Positions 9,448 to 19,431 of a DNA stretch of 42,796 nucleotides are shown here, piece by piece. Origin of the DNA: Candidatus Uhrbacteria bacterium CG_4_10_14_3_um_filter_41_21. Its GTDB lineage: Bacteria > Patescibacteriota > Patescibacteriia > UBA9934. The stretch spans positions 1-42,796 of the forward strand of contig PFJC01000046.1 of assembly GCA_002782865.1 (NCBI GenBank), in the 5' to 3' direction. Made by a program: the position numbers and the translations under genes. How positions within the stretch are numbered: the stretch's first letter is position 1; the number at the start of each line of letters is the position of its first letter. Below the pieces are notes generated by a model that worked only from the letters and a program-made list of their open reading frames with translations, was not told the origin of the DNA and did not search any database.

Positions 9448-9990
9448 TCAGATTTTATTGCTTAGATTTTTGAATTTCATCAAGGGATGGATTACCACAT
9501 ATCTGGCATGGCACATCCCATTTAGGGGGTTCATATTGTGCGCTAGACAAAAGTGAACAGTTTTCCCCATAGCTCTCGCTATATCTTGATTAGTTGTTAT
9601 AAAACAGCCGTCTGTTTTTCCAGAGGCGAAGTCCATAACAAGAAGCATCTTTGAATCTTGAAAGAATTTTATCCCGATCAAATTTCTTTTATTGTCATCA
9701 ACGACTAAAAATTCATAGTCACGTAAAGTAAGTGGTCCAAACTTTAAGTTTGCTTTTCTGATGAAGCCTCTTTTATTTTCTAAGCCACCTCCAATACTTA
9801 TGTCGAGAACTTCGCATACGACTTCCGCACAAACAGCGTCGGCCAACTCTCGATTCAGCACTAAATTAAAAGTACATCCTGTATCTATGTATGCATTAAA
9901 AGAATAAGAGCCGTGGTGATCAAAAATATTACCAGAAAATTTGATTTTATGATTACTGTCTATTTTTAATGTATTTGAATTTACTTCCAT
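9448..9990 (-). CDS. Clan AA (retropepsin-like) aspartyl protease
   Basis: AYIDTGCTFNL catalytic motif and downstream LIG motif. Confidence 0.7.
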   Translation of the reverse strand: MEVNSNTLKIDSNHKIKFSGNIFDHHGSYSFNAYIDTGCTFNLVLNRELADAVCAEVVCEVLDISIGGGLENKRGFIRKANLKFGPLTLRDYEFLVVDDNKRNLIGIKFFQDSKMLLVMDFASGKTDGCFITTNQDIARAMGKTVHFCLAHNMNPLNGMCHARYVVIHPLMKFKNLSNKI

Positions 9991-9991
9991 A

Positions 9992-11944
9992 TTACCGCTC
10001 GTAAATAAACACCGTCACTGCGCCAGCGCCGACGGAAAACCAATCATCTGCCTGGTTTTTGGCGTGCTCAATAATTACATCTGCTTGCCACCAATAATCA
10101 TTTACAACAAAGAATCCTAAATCAACGCCGGCTAAATCCATGGCAGAAATCATTGTTTCTCGCGTCGGTTCATCGTCTGCCATTTCCAAAAAATAGTTAT
10201 AAAGTTCTCCGCCGGTTGGAATCGGATAATAGAAAATGTCATTGTTGTAATATTTTTTAAATCCAAACTCCTGAAGGGCGACTGATGAAACCGCTTGATT
10301 TGCCAGAACAATAAAGTCTTGATCTTTGCCGGCGCTTTCGATCGCATAGGCGACACTGATATCATCTTCGCTAACATTGAAGCCCGCCGAACGGGCGTAG
10401 TTATCATGACGTGGATAGGCGCCATAGATTTGAGCGGTCACTGCCAAAGCAAGAATGGTGATGAACGAAACAGATAAAGCTCTGGAGTTTTTAATTATTT
10501 TTGAAATTTCCGTAATCGCAATCATCGCGTGTGGAATCAAAAATATCATTGTGATTATCAGTAGTCGATCGGCGTAATTTGTTCGTTCGTACTCAATCAA
10601 AAATTCAAACTCAAGCGTCAGCGTCAAAATCAGATAGTTGATGATCCAAATTATCGCGGCGATTAGAAAGAGGTTGAGGTGGTTGGAAATCATTGAGGTG
10701 GTTGAGGTCATTGAGGTCATTTTTCGGACCACAATGAAACCGATGATTGCCAGAATTATCAAAATCCAAAGTAAGTTATCAATTATCAAATACATCCCGT
10801 CAAACCAAGTTGAAAAATTATTAGCAAAGAAAAAACCTAAGTTTAGTTGATTCCAAGCCAAGTCGGTGAGCGAAAAGTTGATTGTTAAATCTGAACTTGA
10901 TGCTTGCAAAACAAAGACAGCCGGGAGCGAGAGTGATCCAAAAATTGCGACTAAAATCAATAACCATCTATGATTTCTGACAAAAATCAAAACAACAAAA
11001 ATCGCAGCCGGAATGCCGGCTAGAGGATGAATGCCAATAGTTGTCAGCGCGATTAAAATTAAGAGCCAAGGCGGAATACTTTTGTCATTAATTAATCTTG
11101 GAATTGATAAAAAAACCAAACACGCCGTTAAGACATATGCCAGTGATTGGGGAGTGGTTGTAATGAAAGCGTCAAGTGGCAACAGAAAGATTGCCAGAAG
11201 TCCCAGTTTTGAATCTGATTTGAGTTTTGACAAACCGATCCAAGCCGAGCCTGTTATCAAAATTGCGGACAGAAAAGGAACCAGCCAAATATCAACAAAT
11301 TTTATCGGTAAAAAGAAAATTTTATTGGCAAAAAGTTCCAGCGCATACTGGCCAATGTAATAGAAAGGTTTTGGTGTAATTGTGCCAAACTCGGCAATGT
11401 GCGCGACAGTGGCGCGATGAATGAAAGGATCAAAACCGTAGCCGAGAGGATAGACAGTGGCCGCCATGGCAACGATGGAAAAGAAAATTATGGCAGTTAT
11501 CCACTTGTCGCTTTGTGACGAGTGGGGCTTTGAATTTAAAATTAAAGCTAATAAAAAAACTCCGATTCCAAGCGCAATAATTAAAATAGGATTAATGATT
11601 TCCCAAGGCGTCCTGACTGACTCCAGAATTTCAACTTTTAGTATGACCGACCACCAAGCAGAGATTGAGATCAGAATCCCCGCGATAGCGAGCCAAGCTG
11701 ATGATCCCCGTTTTTCATGACTAAAAGGAGGTGGGGATTCATTTGGTAATAAAAAATAAACCGACAAGGCGCTGGCAAAAGTGATCAGTCCAATCAATAT
11801 CAGCCACCAAGTTGTCACTTCGCTGAAATAATAAACTAAGCTTCCCAAGATTGAAATCAGACAAATGGCCGTAATAAACGCTAAAAATAGCCTAATTTCC
11901 CGATCATCATTTATCTTTTTTGTTTTAAGTGCTAATAGCGACAT
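9992..11944 (-). CDS. Polytopic membrane protein, possibly GT-C fold
   Basis: Many predicted TM segments; GYGFDPFIH loop; soluble C-terminal domain. Confidence 0.65.
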   Translation of the reverse strand: MSLLALKTKKINDDREIRLFLAFITAICLISILGSLVYYFSEVTTWWLILIGLITFASALSVYFLLPNESPPPFSHEKRGSSAWLAIAGILISISAWWSVILKVEILESVRTPWEIINPILIIALGIGVFLLALILNSKPHSSQSDKWITAIIFFSIVAMAATVYPLGYGFDPFIHRATVAHIAEFGTITPKPFYYIGQYALELFANKIFFLPIKFVDIWLVPFLSAILITGSAWIGLSKLKSDSKLGLLAIFLLPLDAFITTTPQSLAYVLTACLVFLSIPRLINDKSIPPWLLILIALTTIGIHPLAGIPAAIFVVLIFVRNHRWLLILVAIFGSLSLPAVFVLQASSSDLTINFSLTDLAWNQLNLGFFFANNFSTWFDGMYLIIDNLLWILIILAIIGFIVVRKMTSMTSTTSMISNHLNLFLIAAIIWIINYLILTLTLEFEFLIEYERTNYADRLLIITMIFLIPHAMIAITEISKIIKNSRALSVSFITILALAVTAQIYGAYPRHDNYARSAGFNVSEDDISVAYAIESAGKDQDFIVLANQAVSSVALQEFGFKKYYNNDIFYYPIPTGGELYNYFLEMADDEPTRETMISAMDLAGVDLGFFVVNDYWWQADVIIEHAKNQADDWFSVGAGAVTVFIYER

Positions 11945-11970
11945 AATTTGCTATGATTATATCAGCTTTT

Positions 11971-12546
11971 ATGAGCAATAGGGATCCTGAAAAATTATTT
12001 CCGCACGACTACTTGATGAAATATGTTGTCAATTTGGTTCCGGATTTTGTTAGACCAAATCATTTTACTATTGCGCGAATGGTGCTTACGCCGTTTGTTC
12101 TTTGGTTATTACTTATTGAAAACTATCAATTTGGAGTACCGACATTTATTCTTGTTGCTTTTACAGATACAATTGATGGTTCATTGGCGCGCTGGCGCAA
12201 GCAGGTTACAAGTTGGGGAGCATTTTACGATCCGATCGCTGACAAAATGTTAATTGGTTCTGTCATTGTTTTGATTTTAATCCAACATGTTAATCCAATT
12301 ATTGCCATCGGTGTAATTTTACTTGAAGTACTTATGGTTTTTGGCGGCTGGTATAAACGACGACAAGGAACTGTTGTGCATGCTAATGTTTGGGGAAAAG
12401 TAAAAATGTTGTTGCAGTTTTTAGGAGTTTTATTTTTACTAATGTCTCTTTGGTTGGGTATTGATTTATTTGTTGATATTTCTGAGGGCACTTTAATTTT
12501 GGCCATAGTATTTGCAGTTATCGCACTGTTGACTTATAGCTTATGA
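11971..12546 (+). CDS. pgsA: CDP-alcohol phosphatidyltransferase (PgsA-like)
   Basis: PNHFTIAR and DTIDGSLAR..GAFYDPIADK signature; start moved to ATG 11971. Confidence 0.85.
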   Translation: MSNRDPEKLFPHDYLMKYVVNLVPDFVRPNHFTIARMVLTPFVLWLLLIENYQFGVPTFILVAFTDTIDGSLARWRKQVTSWGAFYDPIADKMLIGSVIVLILIQHVNPIIAIGVILLEVLMVFGGWYKRRQGTVVHANVWGKVKMLLQFLGVLFLLMSLWLGIDLFVDISEGTLILAIVFAVIALLTYSL

Positions 12547-14210
12547 AGGGTTGGAATTTGGAATTTGGAAGCTGGAATTTCAAGAAAACTGCTAGGCTAG
12601 TAATATTGGTTATTTATTTTTTATCAACTTTGTCACTCTCGGTTGGTACTTCTTTTTTTAATTCACCAGATGAAAACGCAAACTTTGTTTTTGCTGAGCA
12701 GTTTGCAAACAAACAAACTTTTAAAATTAATGATTCGATCAATTTAGAACTTGCTGGAATTGTTCATCCAAGAAGTTCGATTGCGCTTGCAGATTCGATT
12801 GTTCCGATTAGTTTCTTGGGACTTCCTTTTATTGCCGGGCTAATTGGGTCTGTTTTTGGATCAAATACCATGCTGTGGATAACTCCACTTTTGGCGCTTT
12901 TGTCAATATTAGCTTGGCGATCTTTGATATTAAAGTTTACAGATAATAAACAAATTGCAGATCTTTCCGCATTATTTTTAATGATTCATCCAGCGTTTTG
13001 GTTATATAGTGCCAGGGTGATGATGCACAACGTCGGATTTGTCGCGTTTTTAATTTTGTCACTTTGGTTTGCCTTTGTCGGGATTCGATCTTTTTGTTCC
13101 GGCTATGAGGCGATTAAAGGGGAAAAAATCCTGGATTGGTCAGGTTCAGGAATAATGCTCGGACTGGCTTTGAGTTTTCGAACATCGGAAATTATTTGGT
13201 TAACAATCATTACAATCGCCTTATTAATTGTTTACAGAAAATTTGTCAGCTGGAAAAATCTGGGCACATTTTTAATATCGTTGCTAATCGTTTTGTCAGG
13301 TTTCGGAGCTTTGAATTATTCTACCTATGGTTCGCCATTTGAAACTGGTTACACGATTAAGAAATCTGACATGATCGATTCCCCCCAGTTATGGGAGGAT
13401 CAAGAGGGGCAGATCGATGAAGTCGATGCGATCGATCACATCATTAATGTTATCCCGTTTGCAAATTATTTGTTTCCTTTTGGCTTTCACGAAAGAAATA
13501 TCATAAATAATGTTTGGGCTTACGGATTTTTGCTTTATCCATGGATGACTGTGCTGGCGATTGTCGGTTTGATATTTGTGGTTCGTGAAAAAAAGTGGCG
13601 TGAATATATTTGGATTACACTCGGTTTGTCAGTTTGGTTGGCAATTGTTTATGGTAGTTGGAAGTTTAATGACAACCCTGATGCCGGTGTTATCACGCTC
13701 GGCAATTCTTATGTCCGATATTGGTTACCGCTTTTTGTGCTTGGGTCTGCATTTTGCGCTGTTGGAGTTCAGAAGATTTCAGAATTAGCAAAAAATAAAT
13801 GGCAGATGGTCATTAAAGTGACGATCGTCATTTTAATGACCATTTCGTCAAGTATGCTCGTTTTATATGGCGAAGATGGTCTTGTAAAAACTAGACAGAG
13901 TTTGGTTGATATCCAAGTAAAACACGATATTATTATTGAACAAACATCAGAAGATTCTATAATCATTGTTGACATGGTGGACAAATATTTGTGGCCAGAC
14001 AGAAGAGTTGTTATGCCACTGCGCTCTGAATTAACATATTCATCTATTCCTAAAATGTTAGAACTAGCCGATGTTTATTATTTCGGTATTACTTTTCCAG
14101 AATCTGACATTAATTATTTAAATGATGTTAAACTTAAAAATCTCGGAGCTCAAATAGAAGAAATAGTTGAAATTGGCGACGAAACACTTTATCGAGTTAA
14201 AAATGATTAA
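12543..14210 (+). CDS. GT-C (PMT/ArnT, GT39-like) membrane glycosyltransferase
   Basis: SPDE motif after the first TM, about 11 TM segments, YVRYWLP motif. Confidence 0.7.
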   Translation: MKGWNLEFGSWNFKKTARLVILVIYFLSTLSLSVGTSFFNSPDENANFVFAEQFANKQTFKINDSINLELAGIVHPRSSIALADSIVPISFLGLPFIAGLIGSVFGSNTMLWITPLLALLSILAWRSLILKFTDNKQIADLSALFLMIHPAFWLYSARVMMHNVGFVAFLILSLWFAFVGIRSFCSGYEAIKGEKILDWSGSGIMLGLALSFRTSEIIWLTIITIALLIVYRKFVSWKNLGTFLISLLIVLSGFGALNYSTYGSPFETGYTIKKSDMIDSPQLWEDQEGQIDEVDAIDHIINVIPFANYLFPFGFHERNIINNVWAYGFLLYPWMTVLAIVGLIFVVREKKWREYIWITLGLSVWLAIVYGSWKFNDNPDAGVITLGNSYVRYWLPLFVLGSAFCAVGVQKISELAKNKWQMVIKVTIVILMTISSSMLVLYGEDGLVKTRQSLVDIQVKHDIIIEQTSEDSIIIVDMVDKYLWPDRRVVMPLRSELTYSSIPKMLELADVYYFGITFPESDINYLNDVKLKNLGAQIEEIVEIGDETLYRVKND

Positions 14211-15663
14211 ACGCCTCGCACAACTAATAATCGTTTTGATTCCAGTCACGCTTTTTGTCTGGTTGCTTGTGATTGATATTGCTCCCGGCGGTGAGTTTAT
14301 TGTTCGTCACGAAGTGGCTGAAAAATCAGCTTACATCAATTCAATTTTACCGGAAGATCGAACGTTTGGAATTCAATACAATGCTGACGGCGATGCTTTT
14401 ACAACAATCATTAACGATCCGGTTTATTTTAGCGTTCAACTGCCAAACACGGAATTTGATCAGATTGAGGTTGAACTCGAGTTTGCCAATGGCGGTCAGT
14501 CAATTATCGAGCTCGGCGGTTTGGTGGATATTTTTTCCGAAGGATATGATTTGCAACCGATTCATAATTTGATTATTGAAAATTCGGAATGGACTCGGAT
14601 TGAAGATAGCGGTGTTGTGTTACTGCAACGAGTGAGCAACTTTTTGTCGATCGACAATTTCTTGCTCAACCTACCGGATCGATCAGAAATCGCTACTTAT
14701 CAATTTGATCTTGAAAACGCTTATCGAATATCAAATTACTCAGCGCTTGGATATCAGCAAACTTTTGATGTATCGCTTCGTGGATATCATAAATATCAAA
14801 CATATATTAAAAATGAGAATTTTAATTTGGAACTTACTTACATGGACATGAATCGTACTATTGGTTCAGACGGTGGGGTAATCAGGGTTTGGAATGAGTC
14901 TGATCAGGTGATGTTTGAAACGGAATTTAAAGATGACGGAAATGAAACTGATAATCAGATTTCAAGTAAGCAATCAATTGTGATTGATAAATCTGGTTGG
15001 CCGGAAGGCGTTTACTCAGTTGAACTATCAGGAACCAGTGATATTTTTTGGCGACAAATTAAAACCTCACAGCGCTATTTAACTTTTGTAAATAAACTTT
15101 ACCTTGGCGACGATATTGGTTATTTGGCAGATTCAAAGTCGACTAGTTTTTACACAAATTCTAAAAATCTAAGCCTGGAAACATATCACGCTGACGCCAC
15201 GCAACGCGTAACACTGGGAGCTGACGAAGTTAAAATTCCTTACAGTCACGAAAAAGTAACACACACTGTAGAAGACGCTGGAGTTGTTTATGGCCACACG
15301 CCTGCGGGTGATGTGAAAATTACAGGAGATGGGAAGTTTTCGCTTTCTGCAAATTCATTTTTTGATCCGGACCCGGTTAAGTTAAATGCATTCACAAACC
15401 TTGATGCACTCGGAGTTAACTATATTATTGCAGAATATCCAGGTGTTACAGATGGTGGAGACTGGAAAACTGCAAACGCTACTTTTGATATCGCCGAACT
15501 TTATAAGTTTGATAACTCTATTAAGTTTATAATTTCTTTGCCAGCAATTACAACTTTGCAAGAAACGGTTGATGTTCATGCAATTAATGTTATATTTAAA
15601 AAAGACCCGATGAATATTTGGGAGTTTACAAAAGCGGTTTTAAAATATTTACCAGGTATATGA
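14203..15663 (+). CDS. Membrane-anchored extracytoplasmic hypothetical protein
   Basis: Long ORF with single N-terminal TM and beta-rich acidic body; start overlaps the previous gene end. Confidence 0.75.
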   Translation: MIKRLAQLIIVLIPVTLFVWLLVIDIAPGGEFIVRHEVAEKSAYINSILPEDRTFGIQYNADGDAFTTIINDPVYFSVQLPNTEFDQIEVELEFANGGQSIIELGGLVDIFSEGYDLQPIHNLIIENSEWTRIEDSGVVLLQRVSNFLSIDNFLLNLPDRSEIATYQFDLENAYRISNYSALGYQQTFDVSLRGYHKYQTYIKNENFNLELTYMDMNRTIGSDGGVIRVWNESDQVMFETEFKDDGNETDNQISSKQSIVIDKSGWPEGVYSVELSGTSDIFWRQIKTSQRYLTFVNKLYLGDDIGYLADSKSTSFYTNSKNLSLETYHADATQRVTLGADEVKIPYSHEKVTHTVEDAGVVYGHTPAGDVKITGDGKFSLSANSFFDPDPVKLNAFTNLDALGVNYIIAEYPGVTDGGDWKTANATFDIAELYKFDNSIKFIISLPAITTLQETVDVHAINVIFKKDPMNIWEFTKAVLKYLPGI

Positions 15664-16004
15664 ATAAAATAGCAAAAACCGGTTTTTACATTTCAATCAT
15701 CAGTTATTTTGCTTTTGCGTTTTTTGATTACTTGCGTCCCGGTTTTGTGAGTTATGTTTTTTCAGTTCACTGGTTTTTATTAGCGGCGATTATTTTTGGA
15801 ATTATATGGGCGTCAAATTTAATTTCTGAAAAAAATCAGGGAATTATTAAAAGAATTATCATCGAAATGTCGAAATTCATTATCGGCGTAATTTTATTTG
15901 TCATTATTTGGCGTGAAGGCGAAGTGTTTGGTGATTTCCGAATTCTATTGGCTTTAATTGGATTCTTGATCCCATGGATTTCAATGAAACTCTTGCGAGA
16001 ATGA
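15660..16004 (+). CDS. Small membrane protein (about 4 TM)
   Basis: Hydrophobic ORF coupled by an ATGA overlap. Confidence 0.7.
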   Translation: MNKIAKTGFYISIISYFAFAFFDYLRPGFVSYVFSVHWFLLAAIIFGIIWASNLISEKNQGIIKRIIIEMSKFIIGVILFVIIWREGEVFGDFRILLALIGFLIPWISMKLLRE

Positions 16005-16028
16005 TGAGATTGTTGCAAAGTGAAGTTG

Positions 16029-16090
16029 TTAGCTTATAGCTTGTAGTTATTAGGTTAAGCCTAATTGCTATCAGCTAATAGCTAAAAGCT
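16029..16090. repeat. TAGCTNA inverted heptamer array, copy 1
   Basis: ttagcttatagcttgtagttattagg-ttaag-cctaattgctatcagctaatagctaaaagct. Confidence 0.8.
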
Positions 16091-16094
16091 TTAT

Positions 16095-16499
16095 ATGAAA
16101 GACTGTTTATTTTGCAAAATAATAGCTGGTGAAATTCCGTCAGAAAAAATCTACGAGGATGATCAGATTTTTGTTTTTTTAGATATTCATCCCGTTAGCC
16201 GTGGTCATGCTTTAATCATCCCAAAAAATCATTCACAATATTTAAATGATGATTCAGAAGAGGACGCCGTTGCAATTATAAAAACAATCTATTATCTTGC
16301 GCCAAAAATTATGCAAGCACTTGGTGCAACTGGATATAATTTGGGAATGAATCACGGTGTTTCCGCTGGTCAAGATATTTTTCACACTCATTTGCATTTA
16401 ATGCCTCGTTATGACGGTGAACCTCGCAATTTTGATAAAACAAACACAACGCCGGCGGAGTTAAAAGAGATTGGTGAAAAAATTAGAAAAGAATTATGA
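16095..16499 (+). CDS. HIT family hydrolase
   Basis: DCLFCKII, FHTHLHLMPR histidine triad. Confidence 0.93.
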   Translation: MKDCLFCKIIAGEIPSEKIYEDDQIFVFLDIHPVSRGHALIIPKNHSQYLNDDSEEDAVAIIKTIYYLAPKIMQALGATGYNLGMNHGVSAGQDIFHTHLHLMPRYDGEPRNFDKTNTTPAELKEIGEKIRKEL

Positions 16500-17059
16500 G
16501 TTTAAAACCTTGGAAAAAAGTTTCTGACGAACTCATCAAGAAAAATCCTTGGTGGGAATATCGCTTGATGAAGTTTGATGTTGGTGGAACACAGGTCAAT
16601 TATCATTGTGTTTATGAAACTCCAGGCGTGATGGTTATCCCAGTAAGAGATGATGGTAAAATCTTAATGGTTAAACAGCTGAGGGTTCTGTTGGGTCGAG
16701 AAAGTTTAGAGTTTGTAGCTGGAGGAAGTGAAAACGCGGATTCAAACTTAGAAGCTGCATCTGGCGAGCTCGCAGAGGAAGGAGGGCTGAGAGCGGAGAA
16801 CCTTATATTTATTGGATTTTTTGATGCTTCGCCGGGGCGTTCAAACAAGCAGGTAGAAGTTTTCACGGCAAGCCAATTATCTGAGACTACTGCCGAAGGT
16901 GACGAGGCTCATGAGATAGATCCATTTTGGTTCGCGCCTGATGAAATTGATGAAATGATTAAATCCGGCGAACTGCGTGATGCTTGGTCAATTACTGCTT
17001 GGAGTATTGCAAAACCGCGGGTTTTGGCCATTATTGACGCTCAGCGCCTAAAAGGCTAA
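16496..17059 (+). CDS. Nudix hydrolase (ADP-ribose pyrophosphatase-like)
   Basis: EFVAGG..AASGELAEEGG degenerate Nudix box; SPG motif. Confidence 0.8.
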   Translation: MSLKPWKKVSDELIKKNPWWEYRLMKFDVGGTQVNYHCVYETPGVMVIPVRDDGKILMVKQLRVLLGRESLEFVAGGSENADSNLEAASGELAEEGGLRAENLIFIGFFDASPGRSNKQVEVFTASQLSETTAEGDEAHEIDPFWFAPDEIDEMIKSGELRDAWSITAWSIAKPRVLAIIDAQRLKG

Positions 17060-17100
17060 TGTATAAAGGTAATTCATGAATCATTTGCACAAAATATAAT

Positions 17101-18105
17101 ATGAAAATACTTGTAACTGGTGGGGCTGGGTTTATTGGTTCAAACTTTATCCATCAAATATTACAACAGTATCCAGGTGATGAAATTGTCAATTATGATC
17201 TTTTAACATACGCTGGAAATTTGGAAAATCTAAAAAGGGTCGAAGATGATTCCAGATATTCATTTGTGCAAGGTGATATTTGTAATCGCGAGGCTCTTCA
17301 AGATGCAGCTCGGGGAGTTGACGCGATTGTTCATTTTGCAGCTGAGTCTCATGTCGATAGATCGATTTATTCATCAGATGAATTTTTACAAACAAATATT
17401 ATAGGCACTCAGACTGTAATTGATGTTGTCCGAGAACTTCAAATTCCAAAGCTTGTGCACATTAGTACGGATGAAGTTTATGGTGATGTTAAAGCACCGG
17501 AAAAATCACATGAAAATAGCCGGATATATCCTTCTTCTCCATATTCAGCTGCCAAGGCCGGTTCTGACATGTTGGTGATCGCCGCAATCCGGACTCATCA
17601 AGTTCCAGCTATGATCACTCGTGGCTCAAACAACTATGGACCATTTCAATTTCCAGAAAAAATTATTCCACTATTTATTACAAACGCAATGACCGATAAT
17701 TATTTGCCTTTATATGACGGCGGTACGCAAATCCGTGACTGGCTATATGTTGCAGATCATTGTAGCGGAATTGACACTGTACTTCGAAAAGGAAAAATTG
17801 GTGAAATTTATAATATTGGTGCAGAGCAGTATCCGGAAATCACAAACGAGCAATTGACTCACATGATTTTGGAGCTGGTTGGAAAAGAAAAACATTTAAT
17901 AAAACCGGTTCAAGGCTTGCGCCCCGGTCATGACCAACGCTATTCCTTGAATGCAGCAAAACTGCGAGCACTCGGTTGGCAACCTTCTGTAACTATTGAA
18001 GAAGGGTTAAAAAGAACAGTACAGTGGTATCAAGAAAATCAGGATTGGTGGGAAAGGGTAAAATCAGGCGCTTATCAAGAATATTACAAAAAGCATTATC
18101 GATAA
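17101..18105 (+). CDS. rfbB: dTDP-glucose 4,6-dehydratase
   Basis: TGGAGFIG, FAAESHVDRS, STDEVYG, PYSAAK, RPGHD. Confidence 0.96.
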   Translation: MKILVTGGAGFIGSNFIHQILQQYPGDEIVNYDLLTYAGNLENLKRVEDDSRYSFVQGDICNREALQDAARGVDAIVHFAAESHVDRSIYSSDEFLQTNIIGTQTVIDVVRELQIPKLVHISTDEVYGDVKAPEKSHENSRIYPSSPYSAAKAGSDMLVIAAIRTHQVPAMITRGSNNYGPFQFPEKIIPLFITNAMTDNYLPLYDGGTQIRDWLYVADHCSGIDTVLRKGKIGEIYNIGAEQYPEITNEQLTHMILELVGKEKHLIKPVQGLRPGHDQRYSLNAAKLRALGWQPSVTIEEGLKRTVQWYQENQDWWERVKSGAYQEYYKKHYR

Positions 18106-18108
18106 TTT

Positions 18109-18831
18109 ATGAAAGGAATAATATTAGCCGGAGGTGGTGGAACTCGTCTGCATCCATTAACTAAAATCACCTCAAAACAGCTTTTGCCGATTTATAACAA
18201 GCCAATGATTTACTATCCGTTGGATACTTTAATCAAAGCTGGAATTAAGGAAATTCTAATTATTGTTGCACCAGACAGGGCCGGGGATTTTCTGCGCCTT
18301 TTAGGCTCCGGAAGTGAATTTGGAGTAAAATTTAGTTTTGAAATTCAAGACAAGCCGGCAGGAATTGCTCAAGCTTTTACAATTGGAGAAAACTTTATTG
18401 GGGATGATGATGTAACTTTAATTTTAGGAGATAATATTTTTGAGCAGGATTTTTCTGAGCAAATAAAAAACTTTAAATCAGGTTCGCTTATTTTTGCAAA
18501 AAAAGTTAATGATCCGGAGAGGTTTGGAATAGTTGAGTTTGATGAAAATAAAAAAGCCATTCAAATCGTTGAAAAACCAACAGAGTATATATCGGACTAC
18601 GCGGTTACAGGATTGTATGTGTATGACAACCGCGTAGTGGGGATTGCAAAAAATCTTTCCCCATCTGGTAGAGGAGAACTAGAGATTACAGATGTTAATA
18701 ACGAATATCTTAAATTAAATGAACTAAATGTTAGCGAAGTGTTTGGATATTGGCTAGACGCCGGTACATTTGATTCACTCCTGGAAGCCAATATCTTGAT
18801 TGCCAAAAGAGAAGGGTCAAAGATTGTCTAG
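18109..18831 (+). CDS. rfbA: Glucose-1-phosphate thymidylyltransferase (short form)
   Basis: [37 protein letters not shown]. Confidence 0.93.
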   Translation: MKGIILAGGGGTRLHPLTKITSKQLLPIYNKPMIYYPLDTLIKAGIKEILIIVAPDRAGDFLRLLGSGSEFGVKFSFEIQDKPAGIAQAFTIGENFIGDDDVTLILGDNIFEQDFSEQIKNFKSGSLIFAKKVNDPERFGIVEFDENKKAIQIVEKPTEYISDYAVTGLYVYDNRVVGIAKNLSPSGRGELEITDVNNEYLKLNELNVSEVFGYWLDAGTFDSLLEANILIAKREGSKIV

Positions 18832-18834
18832 GGT

Positions 18835-19374
18835 ATGAAAAAAATAGAAACCAGCATCCCAGATTTATTTGTAATTGAGCCGACTGTTTTTGAAGACGAG
18901 CGTGGTTTTTTCTTTGAGTATTATAATGAAGAAAAGTTTAAAGAATTTGGAATTAATTTTGATTTTAAACAAGCGAATCATTCAAAGTCAGTAAAGGGAA
19001 CGCTCCGCGGTATTCATTTTCAACTACCGCCAAAAGCGCAAGCAAAGTTGGTTCGTTGCTCAGCTGGTAGGCTTTGGGATGTTGCTGTTGATTTGCGACC
19101 AAATTCTCCAACTTATAAAAGATGGTTTGGTATTGAGCTTTCAGCTACGAATAAAAAAATGCTTTTTGTACCGGTTGGTTTTGGACATGGATTTTATGCG
19201 CTCGAGGCTTGTGAGCTTCAGTATCAAGTTTCAAATACATTTGATAAAAGTTTAGACGCCGGTGTGGCTTATAATGATCCGGAGCTTGGAATTGATTGGC
19301 AAATAAGCGGTGATCCTATTTTATCTGAGAAGGACAGGGCATTGCCATTTTTAAGTGACAGCGAAGGTTTTTAG
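18835..19374 (+). CDS. rfbC: dTDP-4-dehydrorhamnose 3,5-epimerase
   Basis: DERGFFFE, LRGIHFQ, DVAVDLR, GFGHGF. Confidence 0.95.
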   Translation: MKKIETSIPDLFVIEPTVFEDERGFFFEYYNEEKFKEFGINFDFKQANHSKSVKGTLRGIHFQLPPKAQAKLVRCSAGRLWDVAVDLRPNSPTYKRWFGIELSATNKKMLFVPVGFGHGFYALEACELQYQVSNTFDKSLDAGVAYNDPELGIDWQISGDPILSEKDRALPFLSDSEGF

Positions 19375-19430
19375 CTTATAGCTTATAGCTTTTAGGAATT
19401 CCTAATAGCTAGGGGCTAACAGCTAACAGC
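19371..19430. repeat. TAGCTNA inverted heptamer array, copy 2
   Basis: ttagcttatagcttatagcttttaggaattcctaatagctaggggctaacagctaacagc; supplies the rfbC stop. Confidence 0.8.
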
Positions 19431-19431
19431 A

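Noticed and set aside
11704-13402. Weak intragenic hairpins at 11704-11738 and 13377-13401 as inserted REPs
   Set aside because: Stems are only about 6 bp with mismatches and cannot be separated from chance by eye
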